From Geotalea uraniireducens Rf4 (GTDB taxonomy: Bacteria; Desulfobacterota; Desulfuromonadia; Geobacterales; Geobacteraceae), in contig NC_009483.1 of NCBI RefSeq assembly GCF_000016745.1, positions 1,050,001-1,082,000 of the forward strand: 32,000 nucleotides of DNA, in the 5' to 3' direction. This document shows positions 16,037 to 24,606 of the stretch, one piece after another (position 1 is the first letter of the stretch; every line of letters starts with the position of its first letter). Under the pieces are notes generated by a model. That model worked only from the letters and a program-made list of their open reading frames with translations, had not been told where the DNA came from and did not search any database. The position numbers and the translations under genes were made by a program.

Positions 16037-18715
16037 ATGGTTAAAAACAAATTCATTATCATCCTTGTCGTCGTTGCCGTGATTCTTCCCTTCATTTCGT
16101 CGCTGATTAATTTCTATACGGACTGGCTCTTTTTCGTTGAGACCGGTTTCACCTCGGTGTTCACGACGACACTGGCGGCCAAAGTCGGCGCCGGGCTGTT
16201 CTTTGGCGTCCTGCTGTTTATCTTTGCCATGATCAACCTGCACTTTTCCAACCGGGCAAAGTTTCCCCAAACGAACATCTTCGTCGAAGGAAGGAACATC
16301 TACCAGGTAAAAAGAGATGAGGCGGCACGGCTGGCCAAACCCCTCGGCATCCTTGCCAGCGCCATCCTGGCCATCCTTGCCTGCAAATGGGGAGCCATGC
16401 AGTGGCAGAATGTGCTTCTCTTCACGAACATGGTCACCGTCGGCACGAACGACCCGATCCTGGGCAAGGACATCGGTTTCTACCTGTTCAGCCTGCCGCT
16501 CCTGGAGATGTTGAAGATCTTTGCCGGCTTCACTGTGCTGGCCACGACGGTCCTGGTCGGAGCGGTCTACTACGTCCGCGGCGGTATCACCCTGATGGAA
16601 AGGGGGGCGGCAATTGACGTCAAGGTGCGAAAACATCTGGCGGTTCTCATCGGGATTTTTTCGCTGACGGTCGCGGCCGGTTTTTATCTAAACGGTTGCG
16701 GTCTGCTTCTTTCCGGGAGCAGTACCTTTCACGGTGCAGGCTATGCCGACGTCAACGCCCGGCTCTTGACCTTGCGGATTCTCACCGTTCTCACTCCCCT
16801 GGCAGGGGCCATCCTCGCCGCCGGGTTATGGCAGGGCGCCTGGCGCCTGGCGCTGTTGCCGCCAATTCTGGTGATTGCCGTCTACGGGATCGGCATCAAG
16901 GCATATCCGGCGCTGCTGGAGAAGTTCAAGGTCGCGCCCAATCAGCTGGCCCTCGAGACCCCCTACATCGAGAACACCATCCGGTTTACCCGTCTCGGCT
17001 ACGACCTGGACAAGATTGAGACCATTCCCTTTGATGCTGACGTAAAGCTTACCGCAGCGGACATTGCCAACAACGACGCAACCATCAAGAACATCCGGCT
17101 CTGGGATCACGCCCCGCTGCTCAAGACGTACAGCCAGCTGCAGCAGATCAGGACCTACTACAAGTTTTTCGATGTGGACAATGACCGCTACCTGGTGAAC
17201 GGCCAGTACACCCAGGTGATGCTCTCGCCGCGTGAACTCTCCTATGACGACCTCCCGAGCAGGAACTGGATCAATGAGCGGCTCATCTTCACCCACGGCA
17301 ATGGCATTACCTTCGGCCCGGTGAGCCGGATCAGCAAGGAGGGGCTCCCCGAGTTCTTCGTCAAGGATATTCCGGCCGTCAGCCTGGCCGATATCAAGGT
17401 GACGCGCCCAGAGATCTATTACGGTGAGCTGTCCAATGAATACGTCATCGTCAAGACGAAGGTTCCCGAATTCAGCTATCCGACCGCCACGGGCAATATC
17501 AACACGACCTATGGAGGCAAAGGCGGGGTGCCCGTGGGCTCCATGCTCAATAAAGCCCTGTTCGCCGCCAGGTTCAGGACGGAAAAGATCCTCCTCTCCT
17601 CTGACATCGGCAGCGAAAGCCGCATTCTCTACTACCGGAACATCAATGAACGGGTGAGAGCGGTTGCCCCATTCCTCCGTTTCGATGGTGATCCCTATAT
17701 GGTCGTGGCCGACAATGGCGGGCTCAAATGGATCATCGATGCCTACACCTATTCGAGCCGTCTCCCCTACTCAAAGCCGCTCAAAGGGGGCATCAACTAC
17801 ATGCGGAATTCGGTAAAAGCGGTGGTTGACGCCTACGACGGCTCGCTCACCTTCTACATCAGCGACCCCGATGATGTCATGGTGAAGGTCTATGGGCGAA
17901 TCTTCCCGGAGCTCTTCAAGCCGATGGCAGCCATGCCGGATGACCTGCGCAAACATATCCGCTACCCCCATCAGTTCCTCCAGTTGCAGGCCGCCATGTT
18001 TGCCGCTTACCACATGACCGACCCGAAGGTCTTCTACAACAAGGAGAACCTCTGGGAGATCCCTTCGCTCGGCGACAAGCCGATGGAGCCGTACTACACG
18101 ATCATGAAGCTGCCGGGTGAAAAGAAGGAAGAATACCTCCTGCTCCTGCCGTTTACCCCCTCGAAGCGGGACAACCTTGCGGCCTGGCTTACGGCACGCT
18201 GTGATGCGCCGAATTACGGCAAAATCCTGGCCTACACCTTCCCGCGGGACAGGCTCATCTATGGACCGAAACAGATCGACGCGCGGATCAACCAGGATTC
18301 CTTCATCTCCCAGCAGTTGACGCTCTGGAACCAGCGCGGCTCCGAGGTCATACGGGGGAGCATGCTGGTGATTCCCATCGAAAAATCGCTCCTCTACGTG
18401 CAGCCGCTCTTCCTCGCCGCTGCGGACAAGGCCGGGCTCCCCGAACTGAGGCGCGTTATCGTCGCCTACGGGGATGAGGTAGTCATGGAGGAAACCCTGG
18501 AGCTCGCCCTTCAAAGAATCTTCGGGGGAAGGAAAGCCCCGGCCGGCAGCACCCAGCCCACGCCAGCGGCTATGAAGGCCTCTTCAGCCGAGCTTGCCAG
18601 GGAGGCGATGAGCATCTTCGAGAGGGCAACCAACCTGCAGCGCCAGGGTGATTGGGCCGGCTACGGGGAGGAGTTGAAAAAACTCCAGCAGGTTTTGAGG
18701 CGGATGGCACAGTAG
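16037..18715 (+). CDS. UPF0182-family large membrane protein
   Basis: 892 aa. A multi-TM N-terminal third is followed by a large soluble region, the architecture and size typical of UPF0182. SD AAGGGG is upstream. Confidence 0.8.
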   Translation: MVKNKFIIILVVVAVILPFISSLINFYTDWLFFVETGFTSVFTTTLAAKVGAGLFFGVLLFIFAMINLHFSNRAKFPQTNIFVEGRNIYQVKRDEAARLAKPLGILASAILAILACKWGAMQWQNVLLFTNMVTVGTNDPILGKDIGFYLFSLPLLEMLKIFAGFTVLATTVLVGAVYYVRGGITLMERGAAIDVKVRKHLAVLIGIFSLTVAAGFYLNGCGLLLSGSSTFHGAGYADVNARLLTLRILTVLTPLAGAILAAGLWQGAWRLALLPPILVIAVYGIGIKAYPALLEKFKVAPNQLALETPYIENTIRFTRLGYDLDKIETIPFDADVKLTAADIANNDATIKNIRLWDHAPLLKTYSQLQQIRTYYKFFDVDNDRYLVNGQYTQVMLSPRELSYDDLPSRNWINERLIFTHGNGITFGPVSRISKEGLPEFFVKDIPAVSLADIKVTRPEIYYGELSNEYVIVKTKVPEFSYPTATGNINTTYGGKGGVPVGSMLNKALFAARFRTEKILLSSDIGSESRILYYRNINERVRAVAPFLRFDGDPYMVVADNGGLKWIIDAYTYSSRLPYSKPLKGGINYMRNSVKAVVDAYDGSLTFYISDPDDVMVKVYGRIFPELFKPMAAMPDDLRKHIRYPHQFLQLQAAMFAAYHMTDPKVFYNKENLWEIPSLGDKPMEPYYTIMKLPGEKKEEYLLLLPFTPSKRDNLAAWLTARCDAPNYGKILAYTFPRDRLIYGPKQIDARINQDSFISQQLTLWNQRGSEVIRGSMLVIPIEKSLLYVQPLFLAAADKAGLPELRRVIVAYGDEVVMEETLELALQRIFGGRKAPAGSTQPTPAAMKASSAELAREAMSIFERATNLQRQGDWAGYGEELKKLQQVLRRMAQ

Positions 18716-18771
18716 GGGTATCGGGGGAAATCAGCGTTGTCCGTATAGAGTCTTTGCCTCAAGTTTTATTA

Positions 18772-18940
18772 GCCCCATCAGGGGCGTTCGCATGTAGCCG
18801 GGGGATTCATCCCCCGGAACAGATCCTAATTTTTCCCCACGTCACGTATGTGACGTAATGATATTTTGCCACGATGGCCGGGGAATGAATTCCCCGGCTA
18901 CCAGCATTCTGTCCCTATGGGACGTAAGCAAAAACCTTAC
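18772..18940. repeat. Run of six consecutive short hairpins (REP-like palindromes or a structured RNA)
   Basis: Hairpins at 18772-18785 (GCCCC/GGGGC), 18798-18817 (CCGGGGGA/TCCCCCGG), 18839-18856 (ACGTCAC/GTGACGT), 18877-18898 (GCCGGGGAAT/ATTCCCCGGC), 18911-18923 (GTCCC/GGGAC) and 18924-18940 (GTAAG/CTTAC). The second and fourth are sequence-related. Confidence 0.6.
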
Positions 18941-18953
18941 GGACACTGCTGTG

Positions 18954-19070
18954 GGAGGTCATGGGGGACGTTGCTGGAGGTCATGGGGGACGTTGCTTGC
19001 TAATTAGCTATTGCCGCAATTAGAAAGATAGCAAGCAACGTCCCCTCGATGTCCCGTCCCCTCGATGTCC
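18954..19070. repeat. 117-bp compound palindrome built from tandem duplications
   Basis: A 22-nt unit GGAGGTCATGGGGGACGTTGCT occurs twice (18954-18975, 18976-18997). A perfect 17-bp inverted repeat (18986-19002 / 19029-19045) encloses a 26-nt loop. A 16-nt unit CGTCCCCTCGATGTCC occurs twice (19039-19054, 19055-19070). The left and right units are partly complementary (GGGGACG / CGTCCCC). Confidence 0.85.
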
Positions 19071-19836
19071 CCCAGCATCAAAAGTTTTACAAAACCCTAA
19101 CACAAGCAAAGCTGCGAAATCCGCTGCCGGTTCTGCCCTTTCGCAGAGACAAGCACCAGCGAAAGTTACCTCCACGTCGGCAGCAACAGCTGCATCCAAA
19201 GTACTGCGGAAGCCAGACTCAAGCAAGCCGGCGAAGACAGCGTCGGGATCTGCACTTACGCAAAGACCAAACAAGAAAAAGTAAACGATGCCGGCCTGAG
19301 TCGACGCTTTTAGGGCGGCCGCAGTTATGCGGGGCAGGCGCCGGGGGTACGAATTCTCAGCTTGGGAACCTCACAGAGAAGCTGCTTCCAACCATCGGGG
19401 ACTTCCGGGGACATCCATACGCAATTATCTGCCAAGGTTTTTCTACCGTATCTACACTGTCCAATACCCAATATTTCCAATACCCTTGGCGCGAAATGGG
19501 ATCGCTGTAGCCGGGCGACTCGATCAACGAAACGAAGCGCGAGCCGAAGTCCGAGGCATCAAAGCGGCTACGCTCCCGTAATGACCGCAAGAGCAGCAGG
19601 GCTCCGTCACCGTAATGGGTCAGATCCCCCGGCCGCTTGCCGGCGTGGTAGTGTCCGGCGACCGGTTCCTCGAATCCCTGGGGACCGCCGGGAAAGCGCT
19701 GTTCCAGCTCTGCAAGATCATAGATCCAATGGCTGCCGAGGCAGAAGGCATCCCCCACAAACTGCCCCCAGACGGCACCGCTGATGCGATCCGCAACGGA
19801 AGGTTTTTGCGTGGTGGGACAGTGTCGCTCACCCAT
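19020..19836 (-). pseudogene. ADP-ribosylglycohydrolase-family gene, probably frameshifted/decayed
   Basis: ORF 19357-19836 has a good ARH N-terminus (DRISGAVWGQFVGDAFCLGSHWIYD, THYGDG). It stops after 159 aa, whereas the family is about 260-350 aa. The +1-shifted frame is open from about 19356 to 19020 and contains SADPDAVFAGLL, a weak match to the C-terminal GGDxxxxxxxAGxLxG motif. Confidence 0.45.
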
Positions 19837-19904
19837 GACTCACCCCTTTACAGCTGGCGTAGATTTGAGCATTGCCCATACTGTTTATTGTGATCTCATG
19901 CGGC

Positions 19905-21545
19905 CTACTGGACGGGGGCTTCATCCGGCCAGAAGCGCCGCTGCAGTTCCTCGATGAGCGGTTCCATGCTCTTTCTGTCGGCAGCCGAGATGGAAATGGC
20001 CTGCAAGCGGCGGAAGACCTGGCGGACCTTCATGAAGGTCAGCGGATCGCTCTTTTTCAGTTGGGAGAGGAGGTCGCTCTTGTTGAAGACCAGAAGCCTG
20101 GCTTTTTCTCCCAGGTCGAGCTCTGCGAGGATGGTTTCCACCTGTCCGATCTGCTCCTCAAAACGGGGATTGGAGCAGTCCACCAGGTGGAGGAGCAGAT
20201 CGGCGTCCTGCAACTCCTCGAGGGTGGCCTTGAAGGCACCCATCAGTGATTTTGGGAGGGAACGGATAAAGCCGACGGTGTCGGTGATGATTACCTCCCG
20301 GTCCCGCGGGAAGCGAAGACGGCGGGTGGAGGTGTCGAGGGTGGCGAAGAGGAGGTTTTCGGTGAAGACCGCACTCTGGGTCAGGGTGTTGAGAAGGGTC
20401 GACTTGCCGGCATTGGTGTAGCCGACGATGGAAATGATGGGGAGACCGGCCTTTACCCGCTTCTGGCGCCGCTGGTAGCGGCCGTGGGACAGCTCTTTCA
20501 GCTCCCGTTCCAGCTTTGCGATCCGGTCGCGGATGCGTCTTCTGTCCACCTCAAGCTTGGTTTCACCGGGGCCGCGACCGCCGATTCCCCCCATGAGGCG
20601 CGACATCTGCACGCCGCGTCCGGTCAGGCGTGGCAGAAGGTATTTGAGCTGGGCCAGTTCCACCTGTACCTTGCCGTCCAGGCTTTTGGCGCGGCGGGCG
20701 AAGATATCGAGGATCAACTGGCTCCGGTCGATGACTTTCAGTTCGGTCATTGCCGAAATGGAACGGATCTGGGTCGGGGTCAGCTCCTGGTCGAAGACGA
20801 GCAGGGTTGCTCCGAGCTGAAGTGCGCGGATGACCACATCGCGCATCTTTCCTTCACCCATCAGGAAACGCGGGTTGAATTGCCGCGGCCGCTGTATCAC
20901 AGCATCAAGCACCTCGACCCCCGCCGTCCTTGCCAGCTCCTTCAATTCTTCGATGGAGTCCTGCGCCTCTTCATGGGAGAGCTTGGTGACGGAGATGAGA
21001 ATTCCCCGTTCTTCCCCACCTTTCACCTCTTTTGTGCCCTTGACCGCCTTTTCCAGGGACTTTTCCAGTGTGTCGACAAAGGTGGCGAAATCCATGCTGA
21101 AACGGTCGAAGGGGCGTGGCGGCTCAATTTTGTATGGGGTCTTGCCGAGGGTCGGAGGCGCGAGGCAGGCTGTCTGGACGAAAAACTGGCCGTCGTTGGG
21201 GGACATCTGGAGCGCGGCGACAAGGTCGAGACGCAGTAGCGCCAGGTCGGTCAGATCGTCATCGCTGAGGGCCTCCCCTTTGAGGTGGGTGTGGATGAGA
21301 CGCAGACCGCGCAGCAGTTTTTTCCCCAGCGGGTAATCGGCCAGTTCCGGGATGTAAAGCCCGCGTTCGTCACCGACGAGGACGTATTCCACATCACCGG
21401 AACGGTTGACGAGGATGCCGAGTTGGCGGCGGATCTCCCGCGAGAGTTCAACCATCTCCCGGGAAAGATCCGGGGTGATCAGTTCGTCGGGCGGGATGCG
21501 GCGGCGGTAGAGCCTTTCCAGTCCTTTGAGCTGGCTGGGCTTCAA
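19905..21545 (-). CDS. hflX: GTPase HflX with an extended N-terminal region
   Basis: HflX N-domain (LVFDQELTPTQIRSISAMTELKVIDRSQLILDIFARRA, PGETKLEVDRR). G-domain with GYTNAGKST, DTVGF and NKSD. The most upstream start is a TTG at 21545 with no SD. ATG 21455 is the alternative start. Confidence 0.88.
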   Translation of the reverse strand: MKPSQLKGLERLYRRRIPPDELITPDLSREMVELSREIRRQLGILVNRSGDVEYVLVGDERGLYIPELADYPLGKKLLRGLRLIHTHLKGEALSDDDLTDLALLRLDLVAALQMSPNDGQFFVQTACLAPPTLGKTPYKIEPPRPFDRFSMDFATFVDTLEKSLEKAVKGTKEVKGGEERGILISVTKLSHEEAQDSIEELKELARTAGVEVLDAVIQRPRQFNPRFLMGEGKMRDVVIRALQLGATLLVFDQELTPTQIRSISAMTELKVIDRSQLILDIFARRAKSLDGKVQVELAQLKYLLPRLTGRGVQMSRLMGGIGGRGPGETKLEVDRRRIRDRIAKLERELKELSHGRYQRRQKRVKAGLPIISIVGYTNAGKSTLLNTLTQSAVFTENLLFATLDTSTRRLRFPRDREVIITDTVGFIRSLPKSLMGAFKATLEELQDADLLLHLVDCSNPRFEEQIGQVETILAELDLGEKARLLVFNKSDLLSQLKKSDPLTFMKVRQVFRRLQAISISAADRKSMEPLIEELQRRFWPDEAPVQ

Positions 21546-21592
21546 GCCGGTGAGATTGCCGTGAGGTTGTTTGATCGCTTTTCTCCGAAAAG

Positions 21593-21699
21593 CAGGAGCG
21601 AGGAATGAGGTACGAGGAGCGAGGAAAGAGGTACGAGGTCAATTATGATGTCTTCCTCGATCCTTTATCCTCGATCCTCGATCCTTTATCCTCATTCCT
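21593..21699. repeat. Heptamer-period inverted array in the fabI-hflX spacer
   Basis: GAGGNNN occurs six times in a row (GAGG at 21600, 21607, 21614, 21621, 21628, 21635). After a 16-nt spacer, CCTNNNN occurs six times plus a partial unit (21655-21699). The outer 10 nt are perfectly complementary: AGGAATGAGG (21601-21610) and CCTCATTCCT (21690-21699). Confidence 0.85.
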
Positions 21700-21703
21700 G
21701 ACG

Positions 21704-22474
21704 TTAAAGTCCGATGATGTTGTAACCGCTGTCGACAAAATGGATCTCGCCGGTTACGGCTTTCGCCAGTTCGCTGCTGAGATAAACGGCGGCGCCTGCC
21801 ACGTCTTCCTGGGTGATGTTGCGCCTGAGAGGCGCTTTTGCCGATACATGGCCGGCGATCTGGTTGAAGCCTCCGACCCCGGCTGCGGCCAGTGTCCGCA
21901 ATGGACCGGCCGAGATGGCGTTAACCCTCACACCGTCCTGTCCGACTGCCTCGGCCAGGTAGCGGACGCTCGCTTCCAGGGCTGCCTTGGCAACACCCAT
22001 CACGTTGTAATTGGGGAATACCTTCTGTGCGCCGTAATAGGTCAGGGCAAGGACGTTTCCGTTGCTGGCGGTCAGGAGCGGCATGGCTTCCTTGGCCAGG
22101 GCGATCAGAGAGTAGGCGCTGATGTCCATGGCCATGGTAAAGCCTTCCCTGGTGGTGCTCAGAAAAGATCCCTTGAGTTCGTCTTTGTTGGCAAAGGCGA
22201 CCGAATGAACCAGTATGTCCAGCCCACCCCATTTTTTGCCGATTTCGGCAAACACCGCCTTGATGTCGTCGTCGCTTCTGACATCACAGGGGAGGGTTAT
22301 CGTTGCGCCGATGCTTTCAGCGAGCGGAATCACTCGCTTGGCTATCGCCTCATTGGCATAGGCCAGTGCCACCTCGGCACCTTCCTTTTTGAAAGCTTCG
22401 GCTATGGCCCAGGCGATGCTCTTCTCATTGGCCACACCGAAAATCAGTGCTTTTTTCCCTTCCAGCAAACCCAT
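21704..22474 (-). CDS. fabI: Enoyl-[acyl-carrier-protein] reductase (NADH)
   Basis: GKKALIFGVANEKSIAWAIA, active-site YNVMGVAKAALE, and SAGPLRTLAA. I prefer the ATG at 22474, which has AAGGAGGA 7 nt upstream, over the track start at 22498. Confidence 0.92.
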   Translation of the reverse strand: MGLLEGKKALIFGVANEKSIAWAIAEAFKKEGAEVALAYANEAIAKRVIPLAESIGATITLPCDVRSDDDIKAVFAEIGKKWGGLDILVHSVAFANKDELKGSFLSTTREGFTMAMDISAYSLIALAKEAMPLLTASNGNVLALTYYGAQKVFPNYNVMGVAKAALEASVRYLAEAVGQDGVRVNAISAGPLRTLAAAGVGGFNQIAGHVSAKAPLRRNITQEDVAGAAVYLSSELAKAVTGEIHFVDSGYNIIGL

Positions 22475-22638
22475 CCGGTACTCCTCCTTAACTGGCAAGT
22501 AAACCAGTAGTGTTTTGAATCAGCAGATTTTACGGAATACTTTGCTTCCAACAATGGGGAATAGTAATAAAAAAACCTATTTTTGGCAAGAAATATGGCT
22601 GTTTTTATGGTTTAATACAAGCGTATGAGGAGAACGTA

Positions 22639-24285
22639 ATGACGGAAAAATTCATTAACATACTGAAGGGCGCGGAGAGGCTTGCCAAGCTTACCGATGT
22701 GGATAAGGTCATGCAAGATCTTTCCCGGTTGCTGAAGAAAACGGTGAACAGCCGTTGGGCGGTAGTTTACCTCATTGACCGGGAGCGGCGGGACTTTGCG
22801 CCGGCCCGGAGTTGCGGACTGCCGGCCCGTTATCTTCCCATGTTCAGGGAGATGCCGATGGCGCCGGACAAGATTCCCCTTCTGAAAAAGATCCTCCGGG
22901 ACAAACACCATCTATTGCTCAACGATTCCGGCGTCTCGACGCTTCTGACGCCGACGCTACGCAAGCTGCTGGGCAATATCACCCTGCTGGCTGTTCCCAT
23001 GCTGGTCAACAACCAGGTGATGGGGGTGGCGTTTGTCGCCCGTGACAAGCACTATCCGTCGTTCAGCGATGCAGAGATTGCCCTGATCAAGGACGTGATC
23101 TCCCATGCCGCGCTTGTGGCGAGCCACTCAATCCTGTTTGATGAGTCCCTTGACATGGCCGTAGAGATGGGGAAACGGGTCGACATCATTCTCACCCTGG
23201 ACGAGATCAACAAGGCGATTTCCTCCTCCCTCAGTCGCGACAAGATCATTGCCACGGCCGTGCAGCATATCGAACGGCTCATCCAATGCGAGCTGGTGGT
23301 GCTGTTGGGAGAGGAAAATGGTTCGCTGGCGGTAATGGCCTCCGATTGCATATCCAGTGAGATTCCCCCGGAACTCTTGAAGGGCTCCCATCCGAACGTT
23401 GTCGGCAGTTGCGCGGTGAAGTCCTTTGCCGGAGGAGAAAGCTGTTACATAAACTCACTCTCAGCGCGGAAAAGGCTGCCGCACCTGGACCGATTGCTGC
23501 GTGATGCGGGTATGCAGTCACTCCTGGCCATTCCCATGGTCAGCAAGGAGAAAGTAAACGGGGTCTTGCTGCTGGGCGATACGGAGCCCGACAGGTTTCT
23601 CGAGGATGATGTCTTCGCCGTTGGTAAGATAGCCGGACAGATAGCAGTGGCGCTTGAAAACGCCAAGCTCTATGAAGATCTGGAGAACCTCTTCATCGGA
23701 ACGGTTACCAGTCTGGCCAATGCCATTGACGCCAAATCACCCTGGACCAAGGGGCACTCCGAACGGGTCATGCATGTTGCCGAGTTTATTTCCAGGGCTT
23801 TGGGACTCGACGACGCGGCGGTTGAGCGGGTAAGGCTCGGGGGGCTTTTGCATGACATCGGCAAGATAGGGATTATCGAGGCCCTTCTGGAAAAGCCGGA
23901 AAAGATCTCCGAGGATGATTTTCCCCCCTTGCGGCTTCACCCGGAAAAGGGGGTCGCCATCCTTGCTCCCATCGAGCAGTTGAAGGGGGTATTCCCCGGC
24001 ATTCTCCATCATCACGAACGTTACGACGGGAGCGGCTATCCCGACAGGCTGAAGGGTGAGGATATTCCCCTTGAAGCCCGGATAATCGCTGTTGCCGATG
24101 CCTTTGATGCCATGGTGTCCGTGCGGCCTTACAAAAAGGGATATTCAGCTGCTGAGGCGCTGCAAGAGCTGATAAAGTGCGCAGGGAGCCAGTTCGACCC
24201 GGTGGTTGTCCAGTGCTTCAGTGACTATGTCATCGGGGAAAAACTATCGGGCGCATCCCGGCAAAACCCACGGGCCGGCAGGTGA
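22639..24285 (+). CDS. GAF-domain HD-GYP phosphodiesterase (c-di-GMP signalling)
   Basis: 548 aa. Two GAF-like regions are followed by HD (GGLLHDIGKIG) and HHERYDGSGYP. SD GAGGAG is upstream. Confidence 0.88.
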   Translation: MTEKFINILKGAERLAKLTDVDKVMQDLSRLLKKTVNSRWAVVYLIDRERRDFAPARSCGLPARYLPMFREMPMAPDKIPLLKKILRDKHHLLLNDSGVSTLLTPTLRKLLGNITLLAVPMLVNNQVMGVAFVARDKHYPSFSDAEIALIKDVISHAALVASHSILFDESLDMAVEMGKRVDIILTLDEINKAISSSLSRDKIIATAVQHIERLIQCELVVLLGEENGSLAVMASDCISSEIPPELLKGSHPNVVGSCAVKSFAGGESCYINSLSARKRLPHLDRLLRDAGMQSLLAIPMVSKEKVNGVLLLGDTEPDRFLEDDVFAVGKIAGQIAVALENAKLYEDLENLFIGTVTSLANAIDAKSPWTKGHSERVMHVAEFISRALGLDDAAVERVRLGGLLHDIGKIGIIEALLEKPEKISEDDFPPLRLHPEKGVAILAPIEQLKGVFPGILHHHERYDGSGYPDRLKGEDIPLEARIIAVADAFDAMVSVRPYKKGYSAAEALQELIKCAGSQFDPVVVQCFSDYVIGEKLSGASRQNPRAGR

Positions 24286-24327
24286 AGCGGATCGACCGGG
24301 TTCCGGGCAGGTATGAAGAGAAGACGG

Positions 24328-24594
24328 TTATTCTTCGGCAGATGGCGGATCGGAAGGGGGAATCGGGTTACGAAGCGGATCGGTTGGTGCGTCAGGCCCT
24401 TCCGTCTCTTCTTTTCTCCCCTTCAGCAGCTCTTCGATGGCAGCCAGTCGACGTTCCGTCTCTTCTGCAAGAATGAGGGTCCGATCAACCTTTCCCTTGA
24501 TGCTGAAGATGACAAACGGCAGGATAAACCAGATCACCGTCAGAAAAAAACCGATGATTGACAGCATCACCATAAAACCGCCGAAGATTTCCAT
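24328..24594 (-). CDS. Small membrane protein, unknown function
   Basis: 88 aa with two N-terminal hydrophobic helices and a charged/Pro-rich tail. SD GGGAGA is upstream. It starts 12 nt after the TSCPD gene stop. Confidence 0.6.
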   Translation of the reverse strand: MEIFGGFMVMLSIIGFFLTVIWFILPFVIFSIKGKVDRTLILAEETERRLAAIEELLKGRKEETEGPDAPTDPLRNPIPPSDPPSAEE

Positions 24595-24606
24595 GAAATT
24601 CTCCCG

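Noticed and set aside
18796-18900. Hairpins GCCGGGGGATTCATCCCCCGG and GCCGGGGAATGAATTCCCCGGCTACCA considered as tRNA 3' halves / integration-site remnants
   Set aside because: The stem and loop lengths do not fit a T-arm (5-bp stem, 7-nt TTCRANY loop). No acceptor, D or anticodon arms can be drawn around them.
18905-18945. GGGACGTAAGCAAAAACC considered as part of a GEMM (cyclic-dinucleotide) riboswitch
   Set aside because: There is only a loose resemblance to the GGGACGCAAAGCC block. The partner GGCAAA hairpin and tetraloop/receptor elements are missing.
19049-19510. 153-aa plus-strand ORF across the repeat patch
   Set aside because: It is highly basic and low-complexity (RRRQRR, KRKSKR). 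It is antisense to the ARH-like frames and starts inside the palindrome, so it is most likely spurious.
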